Shown here one piece after another: positions 38,041-50,699 of a stretch of 64,000 nucleotides of DNA (position 1 is the stretch's first letter; every line of letters begins with the position of its first letter). A program made the translations under genes and the position numbers. A model generated the notes under the pieces. It had not been told where the DNA came from and made no database searches. It saw only the letters and a list, made by a program, of their open reading frames with translations. The DNA is from Felis catus. Taxonomy: Eukaryota. The stretch is taken from NCBI RefSeq assembly GCF_018350175.1, contig NC_058368.1, forward strand, positions 58,902,001-58,966,000, read 5' to 3'.

Positions 38041-39074
38041 TTTGACTTTTCCATTATCTAGGCAAGAGAAATAATTAGAAGAGAATACCCACCAGGACTC
38101 TAGTGTAACTCAACAAATTTTCGCACATGTCTACATCCTGAGCATCCACTCAATTTGGTCACTCTTCATGAGCTACCCAAACTCTTGGAAGAGTCACACT
38201 TTCACTTGTATTTTATGTCAATCCCCACTATCTTATTCAGGAGCATCAGGACAGTAATTTTCTTCTCGTTTTCTCTCTAGTTGAGCATGCCTATCAATGG
38301 ACATGTTTTTTCTAGCATCTCAAATATAATTTTCTTGACCATACTTCCCGTCTCCAGCTACTGTATTTTTCTTATTAAAATAAACAAACCTCTTGGAAAG
38401 ACTGCGTATTATCTGTCTCCAATTTGTTTTTCCCATTCTGTCCGAATGTATTACTAGCAGCTTTTGCTGCTACCACTATTCAGAAACTGCTCTTGCAATA
38501 CCACCAATGTGCTAAATTTGAAGTTAATTTCTCAGTTCATACCACCATTTACTTCTCAGCATCATTTGCCTCAGTCCTTCAATCCCTCTGCTTAGATATG
38601 TTATTAGTGGGTTTCCAGAACTCCATGCTTTCTAATGTTCTTTCATCTATTTCTCTTGTCAGGCAATATTGCTAGTTACTTTTATTTTGACAGACTAATT
38701 AACAATGATACTTTGGGGCTCAATCCAGATATTACCTCTGAACTTCAGAAACATATCTATCTATCTGGTTGACATTTGACATTTACTTTTGGATATCTAA
38801 TATCCAAATATACATATACATATATAGAAATGTATATGCCTAAAGTCAACAGTATGATTGTCCCACCTCCATACTTATTTCTACTATATTCTTCACAATT
38901 TCAATTTATAGAAATTATACACTGTTTTTATCTTCAGCCAAAACCTTGAGTCTTGGTTAAATGTCCTTTGGTCTTATGCCTACAAATAATGCATCACATA
39001 TTCTGTTTTCAGGATATATTTTGAATCTCAACACTTCTCACTGACTTCACCATTACCACCTTGGTTTCTCTAAA

Positions 39075-39280
39075 AGCAATAGACAAAAGATATTTCTTTT
39101 GTTATGGAAATATCCTACATTTGTGCTGTCTGTAGTGTAGTTGTTAGCCACCTATGGCTACTGAGCACTTGAAATCTGATAGTCCCATCAAGAAATCTAA
39201 TTTTTAATTTCATTTTATTTAAATTAGTTTAAATTTAAATAGCCATATATGTCTAATGACTACTGCATCATACAAGGCAT
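39075..39280 (+). mobile_element. MER3 (hAT-Charlie) DNA transposon
   Basis: atggaaatatcctacatttgtgctgtc...tagccacctatggctactgagcacttgaaat...tttaaatttaaatagcca. Confidence 0.85.
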
Positions 39281-39311
39281 TTCTATACCTTTATGTGAGG
39301 TAATCTTCAGT

Positions 39312-40215
39312 CTTTTAAAAAATAAAACAACTTTATTGAGGTATATTTTGCATATAATAATACTCATTCACATCAAATGTTCAGTTTGATGATTTCAGTA
39401 ACTTTACCGAGTAGTGGAACCATGACCACAAATCAGTTTTAGAACATTTTCATCCCCTAATAAGATCTCATTCCTATGTAGAGTCACTCTACATTTCCAG
39501 CCCAATCTCAAGAGACACTGATCTGATTTTTGTTTTCTAAGTTTGATTTTTGAACATTTCATATAATATGGTATCATATCATAAGGATTCATGTACCTGA
39601 CTTGTTTCATTTCATGTAATGTTTTTGAGATTCTTCCATGAGGTACCATGCATCAGTAGCTTATTCTGTTTTATTGCTAAATAGTATTCCATTTTATGGT
39701 ATTTACTATTTACCAATTGATGAAAATTTAGGTTATTTCCATTCTTTGCCACTATGAGTAATGCTCCTATAGACATCCATGTACAAAACTGTGTGGAAAT
39801 ATGTTTATATTCTTCTTAAGTTTGTAGCTAGAATAGGAATGTCTGCGCTGTATGGTAATATTGCACTTGGTGATTATTTTTCAAAGTGGCTATACCATTT
39901 TACATTCTCACCAGCAATGTATGAGGGTTCCCATTTCCTTATATACTAGCCAATACTTTATTATTATTATAGCCATGCTACGTATAGCCGTGCTAATACG
40001 TAGAAAATGGTCTCTTATTGTAGTTTTTGATTTGCATTTCTCTAAAGACAAATGATATTGAGTATCTTTTCATGTCCCCATTAACCATTTGCATATCCTC
40101 ATCAGTAGAATATTTTTTCATATCTTTTGTCCATTTCTATTGTACTGTTTACCTTACTATTGATGTATAAGAGATTTTAATCAGATATGTGTTACAGGTA
40201 TTTTCTCTTAGTCTA
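39312..40215 (-). mobile_element. Old L1M (L1MB-like) 3' end
   Basis: acaactttattgaggtata..., ttttcaaagtggctataccattttacattctcaccagcaatgtatgagggttccc. Confidence 0.9.
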
Positions 40216-41394
40216 TTGTTTGTCTGTTTGTTTGTTTTTCATTTCACTTTCTCAGTGAGACTTTCTCTTCCCATGACATTTATAGCTGCAATCAGTGTCC
40301 AACTGGCTGTAACAGTTTATTTTCTCCTTTTTTATTCATACTTTACATCATCATCTAACATAGTACAGGTTTTACTTATTTACTTAGCTTAATGTCTTCA
40401 ACTGCTCACTAGAATTTTAAATCTGTGGGCAAAACAAAGCATTTTTTTGTTTTCTATTTTTTTTGGTCACTACTTTGTACTTAACATATCTTAGTCTCTT
40501 GATATAGTTATTGTCATTTGAAGAAAGGGATACTTCAAGAAATTCACACAAAATAAATGTACTTAAGGTAACATTTATGCCTTTTTCTTGAATTATGAAA
40601 TAATACTGTCAGGTTTTTATTGGAAGTTGTTTGTATTTCCTTATGAAAGACTAGCTATTGGGTATTATAAATAAAATATATAATATCAAATCAAATAATT
40701 TTATTAAGTTTGATTTATTCATAGAAATTTAAAATTTGAAGCAATGCATAAGGATGTATTATCTGTAAAATTATTTCAGTAGTCCCAGTAATTTTATTAC
40801 CATGTGCTTTTTAACCTCACTTTTTATAAATAGAAAAAATTGATCAGTATTCAGTAATGTAGAAAACACCTATAACCTCTTGCCAAGCTTTGGAAAAATT
40901 AGTATTAGTGTCTTGTTCTTATCTTGCAGCTAGTTCTACAACTAAATCAATCTTGAGTTTGTTTTTAGCTTCCTGCCTACTTAGGTTTAGAACCAATCTA
41001 TTATGAGCTGTCTTAAGTTCTTTTCTGGATCTTAAAGTAATCTCATCCCTAATGCTTTCATACAGTAGCTGTTTAATCTTCTTCATAGAGTGAGCAGAAT
41101 AACCTTATACTTTGCTTTTCTAATAAAATGTTTCTTGGCTAAGAATTTCAAGTGGGAGAAGAATTGGGCTATTTCATTCAGGCATACCTGCAGTACACTT
41201 AATGCATCCAGCTCATGTACAAATTAAATAGTTTTTGAATTGCTAGTTTTTATATAATGCATAAAAATCTATGTATTTTAATTCTTTTAACAGAAAAAGT
41301 GAGAGAAATAATTACCACTTCTTTGGAAAGTTGTAAGAAGTACATGGATTTTTGTTGTTTAACTGGGTTATTTCCTTTTACTTCTAATAAATGT

Positions 41395-41545
41395 GAATAA
41401 GTCGCTTAGACATTTTATGTATCAATTGCTACACCTAAAAAATGGAGATGACAATAATATCTAGCTCACATATTACTGGGGAAATAAAATGAGTAATGTA
41501 TTCTTGGTGTGTTATGAATTCTAAACTATTGAGCAAATACATGTT
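41395..41545 (+). mobile_element. MIR fragment
   Basis: aagtcgcttagac...aaaatggagatgacaataatatctagctcac...aaatgagtaatgta. Confidence 0.55.
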
Positions 41546-41659
41546 ATAATTTCAAAAAAAATTATTAGAAGATTTTGAGACCAATAGATTATTATGCATT
41601 TGTTTTATCAATTTACAGCTTGACATGGATATGGAATGATCATAAAGCTCCACTTAGTA

Positions 41660-41858
41660 TTTTTTTAAGTTTATTTATTTTGAGAAAGAGAGAGAGCACA
41701 TGCAAGTAGGGGAAGGGCGGGGTGGGGGGGAGGAGAGAAGCCCAAGCAGGTTCTTCTCTGTCAGCACGAAGCCTGACATGTGGTTCAGTCCCACAAACCC
41801 ATGAGATTATGGCCTGAGATCATGACTGGCTTAAGGGACTGAACCACCCAGGTGCCCC
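41660..41858 (-). mobile_element. Can-SINE
   Basis: TSD cacttag. Confidence 0.92.
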
Positions 41859-42432
41859 TGCACTTAGATTTATGGCGATCATTTATTTTTTCAATAGTAG
41901 TGTTTGATATATATAGTAGAGTAGAGAAAGAAAAAGAGACACAGAGAGAGGAAAAGACTTTATTAAGTTACTTGATGATAATCAAAATATTTAAATGAAA
42001 GCAACATTTAATAACAAATTAATTTTATTTTTCCTTAGATGTTTTGTTTGACCTCAGAATACATTTTTATTTAACTTATATTCTTAAATGTCATCATAAA
42101 GTTCAAGCCCACTGATTACTTATGATATAATTTTTAACTTTGTTAGAAACATACACACACACACAGAGGTATGATAAAATTCAGTTAAGTTTTAAGAGTT
42201 TAATATTTAAATTTGTATCCAGTATTTCAGCATCATTTCTGTTGATTGTACCAAGTTACAAATGTATTTCTCCAGCTTGGTGTAGATAGATAAGATAAAT
42301 AATTTGAGACTTGATTCTAGAAAAAAGTTTCCAAATCTAACTGTTAAGTAACATGAATATGTAGATTTTTCTCACTTAATTTTCTTTTTCTTTAACGGAA
42401 TATGCATTCTAACTGCTTAAAACCACCTATTC

Positions 42433-42599
42433 ACTACAGCATAGGAAATATAGTCAATGGTATTATTATAGCATTGTAAGGTGACAGATAGTGGGTACAT
42501 TTGTGGTGAGCGTAGCATTAAGGTATAGAGTTGTCTAACAACTGTGTCGTACACCTGAAGTAATGTACCATTGTGTGCAACTATACTCAAATTAAAAAA
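42433..42599 (+). mobile_element. Carnivore-type L1 3' terminus
   Basis: tacagcataggaaatatagtcaat...gtacacctgaagtaatgtacc...aactatactcaaattaaaaaa. Confidence 0.85.
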
Positions 42600-44115
42600 G
42601 CACATCTAACTTATTACAAATTTTACTAAAATAGCCTATACATCCTGTAATGGAACTAACATTTTCTTTGAATTTGTGCAGATAGTGTTGTTTTAATAAA
42701 ATTTCAAGTAGGCAACACATGATTTAGTATGAATATGCAAATTTGTTATCTTAAAATTCAGTTTGCTTACTAATTAATTTTAAATTACTTTTTTCTGTGT
42801 TTTAGACATATTTATGACACAAGTCAGCCAGTCCCCTAAGTCTATAGCTTGTTACACATGTTATGAATAGTATTTATTGAATAATTGAAATTTCTCATCA
42901 GTTAAAATATAGTAAAGGCTTTTTGATAATATTTATTAAAGTTTAACAATCATCCAATTAATTTTCTTGAAACTGAGTATTAAAGTAATACTACCATCAA
43001 TTATGTATTGACCCATAATTTGGCATTTTAAAAACATAAAATAGGATTTTAAAAAAATTACTCACCGTGTCCCCAAAGAAAATCCCTCTGTGACATTAGC
43101 TCATGAAGGTTTCACTTGATATCACATCCCCCTATTAAAACTGTTGAACAGATTTTTTAAACAATGAATATATATGCCACTGTATATTCACTATAATATT
43201 GAAGGTAGTTTCATAATTCCCTTTTATGAATGTTGGTCTATTTTTCTAACATATATATTTTACATGTTTTCAAAAACTAATGTCACAAAATATTTCAAAG
43301 TATATTTAAAAATATTTATATATATATCATATATCTAGCATATAATAAACTGTAAACTAATTCTTATAAATCATAATATTAGTGATTGACTCAACTTATT
43401 CTAATCATTTCTCAAAAAATACATTTTATTATCTTACGTTAAGATAGTCTATTTATTAGAAATTTGTTTTTTAAAAAAACCAATAAAGACTGATTTTTAT
43501 TTGTAGAGAGTTTCCAATAATTTGTATTTCTATCTATAAGACTATGTTCAAAGTAGAAAATTACCTGTTACATTCAGAAAGACAGCAATATTTTTTTAAA
43601 AAGCTGATTTCCAGTTGAAAATAATTTGAGATCATCTTTAGAGGGCAGCACCTAACTAGGGAAAGAGGTATTTCAGGTCTAAGCAGGAGTTTGAGTATAT
43701 ATTGGAAGTGTGAAATCTGGCAGTTTAAAACTGATAGGTTATTAAGCTATCACTTATTCACAATTTCAGTATCAGAAGAGGGGAAACAGTAGCATCTGAT
43801 AGTAACCTGAATTTATAGTCCAGTTGAAAAATGCACTTCATTAAACATCATCAGCTATTAAAGGCACATATATTTTTTGTCAGTTAGTATTGAAGCAACG
43901 TGGAATAAATTTTCCTTACTCCTAGCATGACAGTACAAAGCAATAAAAATCAATGTTTTTTTTTTTTTTTAGCAACTATGTTTTATAAAAAGGAAAGAGG
44001 AGGAATGCATTTCAGTATTTAATTTTTCATAGTGTAAAAATTAAAAAGTTACTAATAGAGAAATAAAATAAATGATGCTCTGTATTTTTTATAGTCTAAT
44101 GAAGCTAGAATTTTA

Positions 44116-44509
44116 GTTTAGCTTAGTTTTATTCAATTTCCAATTAGTTAATATATAGTGTAATATTAGTTTCAGGTGTGCAGTATAGTGATTCAGCATT
44201 CCATGCAACACATGGTGCTCATCACAAGTGCACTCCTTAATCTCCATCACCTATTTCACCCATCTGCCCACCCACCTCCCCCTGGTAAACATCAGTTTGT
44301 TCTGTATAGTTAAGTGTCTGTTTCTTGGTTTGCCTCTCTCTCTTTTTTCCCTATGCTCATTTATTTTGTTTCTTAAATTCAACATGTGAGTGAAATCATA
44401 TGGTATTTTTATTTCTCTGACTTGTTTTGCTTAGCATAATACTCTAGTTCAATTGATGTCATTGCAAATGGCAAGATTTAATTCTTTTTTATGGCTCAGT
44501 AATATTCCA

Positions 44510-44553
<44 letters not shown>

Positions 44554-44818
44554 TTATCCATTCATCAGTTGATGGACACTTGGACTCTTTCTATAATTTG
44601 ACTGTTGTACACAATGTTGCTGTAAACATCAGGGTGCATGTATACCTTTGAATTAATATTTTTGTATTTTGGTGTAAAAACCTAGTAGTACAATTGCTGT
44701 ATCATTGGGTGGTTCTGTTTTTAACTTTTGAGGAATCTTCACATGATTTTCCAGAGTGGGATACAAACTGGCATAGTCACTCTGGAAAATAGTATGCAGG
44801 TTCCTTGGAAAAATAAAT
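44116..44818 (-). mobile_element. Carnivore L1 3' end with 5' inversion and internal (TG)n
   Basis: Antisense L1 3'UTR/ORF2 end at 44116-44759, sense-oriented piece at 44758-44818, TSD ctagaatttta at 44105-44115 and 44819-44829. Confidence 0.9.
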
Positions 44819-44916
44819 CTAGAATTTTAAAACATGGCTCAGAAAATATTTTATTTCACATTACTTGCATCAAAAATAGAAAACAGGAATGATAGTTTAA
44901 AATTATACAGTGATAT

Positions 44917-45133
44917 GGGGAGCCTGGATGGCTCAGTCAGTTGAGCATTTGATTTTGGCTCAGGTTTTGATCCCAGGATCCTGGGATCAAGCCCCATTAG
45001 GCTCCATGCTGAATGTGATGCCTGCTTGGGATTCTCTCTCTCCCTCTGTCCCTCTTCCCCACTCATGCTCTCTCTGTCTCTAAAATAATATAAAATAAAA
45101 TAAAATAAAATAAAATAAAATAAAATAAAAATA
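44917..45133 (+). mobile_element. Can-SINE (older subfamily) with (TAAAA)n tail
   Basis: ggggagcctggatggctcagtcag...ctctaaaataa(taaaa)n. Confidence 0.93.
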
Positions 45134-45210
45134 ACCATTTACACATGTAATTAATAAATAGTTTAATATCTCACCATTGGATTGTCAAAATCACTACATA
45201 AAGCAAACCC

Positions 45211-45300
45211 TTCATTCATTTAGTCATTCAACAAATATTTATTGAGTATCTAGTTCTACTAAACATTTCAAGGAGCTAGGGATACTTTGATGGCCAAGGC
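45211..45300 (-). mobile_element. L2 3' terminus
   Basis: ttcattcatttagtcattcaacaaatatttattgagtatcta. Confidence 0.8.
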
Positions 45301-47963
45301 TTCACAATATAGGCAATATGTAAAAGAAAACTTAAATTATCAGTCTTCTTTTACCTTCAGACAAGATGTGTGCGTGCCTGTGTGTGTGTGTGTTGTGTGT
45401 GTGTGTGTGTGTGTGGTAACAAATGGTATAAAGAAATAGTTATGAGTTTTAGCTTCATCAAAGAAAATAATTATTGTTTCTTTAGAACATGTGATTAATT
45501 TTACTCAATACTCTTCTCAAATATTTAATATTTAAACTATTTGGGGTAGTAGAAAAGTATTTTCAGAGCATTCAGTGCCCATGTTATTATCCATAAAACC
45601 ACTTAAAAGAATTTAGTATTTGAAAATGTGTGAATTTATAAGCTATGCATATGTCTACATGATTCTATCCACTAATTTGACTTATAATACATTTTAATTA
45701 GTCATTACAGCTTATTAGTGTAGAGAAATGTAATTAGCACAGCGATTTTAAGGAAATCTACAGTTAACTCAATCTTCCTTTTGTCCATTTCTTTAATTTT
45801 TAACTTTAAAGTATGTTGTCTTAAAGTCATTACTTAATTATTACTGGTTACAGCAACTAGCCTAGTGTAGAGATTTAAGAAATCAGACTTTACAGACTAG
45901 TTATTACTGTTATGTAGAACTTTGCATTCAGATGAAGTACCAGGCATGCATCTCAAAGATGGAGATGAAAGGGAGTTTTATTAAGACATTTATCTCCTTG
46001 AAAAAGGCAAAATATTGGCCTTGGCAAGTTCTCAAATTTTTATTAAGTGACTATAAAATGCAGATAAGCCTTTATGTTGTCAAAATATCAATTTTAATGC
46101 GATGCATGGAAGATCCACTGTGAAGCTTAAATTTGAATTCCGTGATCTACTATCAAATTATTAAAAAAAAGAGCAGAGGTATCTTTCAAGTATATCTTAT
46201 GCTTATGTTAGATAAATATCCCCACAAATTATAATGTAGTAATTTTTTTGACATGGAATGAAATTTCAATCAGAAAAGAGAATAGCATGCTTGTTTGTGC
46301 CCTTGTATCTATCTGCAAAGCCAATTTATTTCTTGTCAGATTATTATTAAATTACATTACCTTGAATGACTTATTCTGTCATTAAGTTTTGAGTTGCAAC
46401 ATTTATACTTTTAGGATTATGAGTTGCTAAAGTTGCTAAATGTTTTTGTGAAATATTATTTATCCAGACTGAAAAAAAGCAAGGCTTTTATTTGTTAAAA
46501 ATAAGATATACATAACCAAAGAGGAAATAATAATGATTTCTGATAAATTAATAAATTAATAACAATAAATAAAATTTAGAAATTATTTTAAAAATATAAA
46601 AACAATATAATAATCATATAGGTGTATATTTGTTTTATTTTTAATTTGTCCCACTACATCAGTTCTTTTGAAGTGCTTGTTTTATACTAAGCTCTGTCTC
46701 ATATGCTCTGGTCATCACTCCTACTGTAGAAGATGTTTCCAAAGAAAAGGAACATCATGTGCAATGGAGATAATATTTATAATTCAAAAGCAAAACTAAG
46801 GCTCCCCCCCACATTTCCCTCCCATAATTTTTACTTTTCCTAGCAACTGTTGGGCATAGGAAAGATAGGGGAGTATATGTTAACTCCTAAACAAGAAAAA
46901 TGGAGGGTGAACTTTAGTGCAGGAAGGGAAAGTGTGAAAGAAGCCATTAAAAAAAAAAAGAGAGATTCAGGGTATAAAGGGGGAAGACAAAATGAAAGGT
47001 TAAAGGAAGCAGCTAGTGAGATACATATGCTCTGGTTTTACCCTTTCATACAAAATCTGGTGGGGTAATGTTTACAGACTTATTTGGAAGAATGTCAAAT
47101 ACAGACAAGACTTGAGCTTTGTTTTTTATTTGAAAAATCCCAGAGATCACCACACAGATGAACCTCTTTATCAAATAGGGGCAGCTGTAGGAAAAAGAGG
47201 TTATGTGATGTCTAAAGAGTTGCTGAGTTCCTGCTGCTCACTTTTGGCAGATGTGTGGTTCAAGAGGAATGTAGAGACCTCAAGCAGGCATTGTTATTAG
47301 ATGTTTTTACTGAGTGTTAGACTTGTGAAGCAGTTAACCGTAGTGAAACATACTGACCAAATAGTCAAGGGTTAGAAATTGAGCCACTGGCCCATGGGTC
47401 ACTGAGCCATTGACCCATTCACTAGCATTGAAAGTATCAGTAAATGTTGACCTGGGAAAACCCCTAGGTTCTGACTAAAGTACAATGGATAAAGAACAAA
47501 TTAGTCACACATACACAGTGGAAGTTAGCTAAGATAATAAGACGCTCATGCAGCTCTGAGGTCCATATCACTTATCGTTTCAACAAGGATGTCCCACCAT
47601 CATACTGGTCTACCAATTGGATCTAAGAAGCTCCTAATTTTTAAGTGTATTTGTAGAAAGTTGAACATGTAAAAGTATTTGAAAAGTATTTGAAATTACT
47701 TTTTTCTGGTTTTGTATATTATAATTTCTTTAGATAATAATTAGAATTATCTATTTTCAAATGTAGATATATTCAAGAGACATAAAAATGGATTATAATA
47801 TAAGAAATAACTATTTGTCAGGTTTTAAGCAATATATGTCCATGGCAGTTCATGTTAGCAAGAAGTCAGAACTTACACTCTAAAACAATCCATCCCACCA
47901 TGTATTACCAAACATACCAAAAGTTACCAATTTAATGATAACCATCTAATAACCAGTTGTATT

Positions 47964-48179
47964 ATTTTTAAAATATATTGTTTTAATGTTTATTTATTTT
48001 TGAGAGAGAGACAAAGTGCAAGCGGGGGACGGGCAGGGAGAGAGGGAGACACAGAATCTAAAGCAGGCTGCAGGCTTTGAGCTGTCAGCACAGAGCCCGA
48101 TGCAGGGCTCAACCACACTGTGAGATCGTGACCTGAGCCGAAGTCAGTTTTCTAACTGCCTGAGCGTCCCAGGTGCCCC
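47964..48179 (-). mobile_element. Can-SINE
   Basis: TSD accagtt(g/c)tatt. Confidence 0.96.
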
Positions 48180-48519
48180 ACCAGTTCTATTCCTAAATGC
48201 ATTTTTAAAAATTAATGACAGTTTCTTGAAAATAATATGCATATTTATAAATACTACTTAAAATCTGTAAGGTGAAACTTTAAAATAAGAGGAAAAGAGA
48301 ATTTTATGACAAGTTAGTAGAACAAAATGATAGGGAATCTAAATCTCAATTGGTACTTGGTTAATCAGTAATTACAGGATATAAGTAATGGATGTGAGGA
48401 TATTTTTGAAAGTATGTAGACAGGTAGGACTGTGATCTGGAGGACCAAAATTAGGAGAAGGGAAAATAATTCTCCACCTGGAACTTGAAGTTACACAGTC
48501 TTCCAGGAAGCTATATAAG

Positions 48520-48550
<31 letters not shown>

Positions 48551-48562
48551 CGCACACACACA

Positions 48563-48609
<47 letters not shown>

Positions 48610-48642
48610 CTTATCTAAACACGCACACACGCACACACACAA

Positions 48643-48707
<65 letters not shown>

Positions 48708-48721
48708 AAACTTATCTAAAC
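48520..48721. repeat. Duplicated compound microsatellite [(CA)n(TA)n-aacttatctaaac] x2
   Basis: aacttatctaaac at 48608-48620 and 48709-48721. Confidence 0.92.
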
Positions 48722-48741
48722 CCTTATATAAACATAAGATA

Positions 48742-48940
48742 AGGGCACCTGGGTGGCTTTTTTGGTTGAATGTCTGACTTAGGCTCAGGTAATGATCTCA
48801 TAGTTCATGAGGTTGAGCCCCACATCAGGCTCACTGCTGTCAGAAGAGAGCCCACTTTGGATCCTCTGTCCCCCTCTCTCTCTGCCCCTCCTCTGCTCAT
48901 GCTCTCTCTCTCTCTAAAATAAATAAAAAAAATAAAAAAA
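48742..48940 (+). mobile_element. Can-SINE
   Basis: TSD taagataa. Confidence 0.94.
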
Positions 48941-49439
48941 ACTGTAAGATAAATTTGTAGTTTTATAAAATATCATTCTTCATTTTTGTGAAATTTAAAA
49001 TGCTTGAAAATTTGGGATTAAAATCTAAGATCCAAAATAATTTTTACATTTTTTTCATTTGTTCATATTGTTTTATTGAATAATACTTCCAGGTTTATAA
49101 GCTGTATGTTTAACAATATCTGTTGACAGAAATGCTAGTATTTGTAATTTCAACTGACAGTGTCTAGAGAAAATTTTAACGTTCAAGAGATTCATGAAGA
49201 TTTTTATCTTACTAACTTGAAAATGATACTCAACAGTCAATTTCCTTCAGTAATTCTTGTGGTTTTAAAATTCTTAAGTGCATGCCACCCTACATGTTAT
49301 ACACATTCTATGTGTGTAGCATCATATTAAACAAATACTACAGCCTCTGAATATTATTCTTCTCCTTATTTTCTCATTGTCTTCTATAATGACAGTTTGG
49401 GGCTATAGAAACTGGTTTCATATATGCTAATACTATATG

Positions 49440-49733
49440 TACAAAGGCCATATGATTTCACTCATGTGTGGAATTTAAGAAAAAAAAGCAGATGAACATA
49501 TGGGGAACAAAAGAGGGGTCAGCCAGGAACAAATTCTTAATTATAGAGAACAGACTGAGGGTTACTGGAGGGGAGGTTGGCAAGGGGATGGATTAAATGG
49601 GTGATGGGTATTAAGGAGGGCACTTGTGATGAGCACTGAGTGTTGTGTGTAAGTGATGAATCACTAAGTTTTATACCTTAAACCAATATTACACTGTATG
49701 GTAACAGAAGTTTAAATGAAAACTTGAAAAAAA
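49440..49733 (+). mobile_element. Carnivore L1 3'UTR
   Basis: ccatatgatttcactcatgtgtggaatttaaga...gtgatgaatcactaa...aaacttgaaaaaaa. Confidence 0.9.
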
Positions 49734-50699
49734 GAGTGATTTTGTTGTACTTATCCACTTGTTACAAGCCAAATATGTACATGGGAAGTTTAAACGTTTC
49801 CATTGTGGGCATAGTGGCACAGTCTTCATATTTGGGCACTTTGGTGTCTTCTACAAAATCCTATGAGATAAACATTTTTCTAATGTTTTAATTGGCTTAT
49901 CACTGCATGCCACGTAAAAATTAATGGTACCAGTCTGGGAACTCCAATCTCAGCACCATATATTGGTTTGGAAGATAGTCTCTGATAATTTTATTTGTTT
50001 GCTTCCCTCATTAAGTAGTATGATAAATTATATATAATCATGACCCATCATTGCAGACACTTATTGAAAAAAAGTACAAATGGAGCATATCTTCATACTA
50101 TTTAAAGGAGGCCATGTTATGTTTTGAATTGTTGAATAAACTTATGAACTATTTCACCTAGTGACGGTCCACTGAGAAACAAAAGCTGTTTGCAAGTTTG
50201 TTTATATTTTCTCTGAAGTTGTTGATGTTCTGAAAGACTGTCTTTGATTACATCTACTTTTTATTCAGTTGTACTTATTATTTCAGTGATATTGTTATTG
50301 TTACATCACCAAAATATTGATCATAGCCTTCTTGCTGACACCTTTCTTCTAAATAACTCATATTTGAAGCTAGTGTATTTTCTTTTACTCCACTCTGAGA
50401 AATTTCTCCATGTTGCTGAAGTAAAAGACACAAGGAGTTAGCTAATATCCTACAAACCCCAGTGTGATGACAACCATCGTCACACTCATGTGGTAAGGTC
50501 TGACTGGCATAGGCCCACTCCAGTCAGAGGAAGTAGGTTTGGCAGAGAAGGTAAGAGCCTGAGTGGCCTATAGCTGACAGTACTATCACTGCCCATGCAT
50601 GTATTCTTGGCTTTTTTTTTTTTTTGAATTTCTATTTCACCATATTAGTTCCCTATTGTTGCATTTTTTAACTTTTGTTTTTCATTGCCACCTTCCTTA

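Larger units (their letters stand above)
36780..40500 (+). mobile_element. Long L2 remnant interrupted by a SINE, two L1MB pieces and MER3
   Basis: Endonuclease-like IYRP (36847-36858) and IAGDFSI (37238-37258), RT-like HYSETAL (38474-38494) and YFSASF, L2 3' region near 38730-39065 and 40245-40500. Confidence 0.7.

Noticed and set aside
47380..47422. Short tandem duplication containing GGGTCA-N9-TGACCC
   Set aside because: An isolated motif with non-standard spacing and no supporting context
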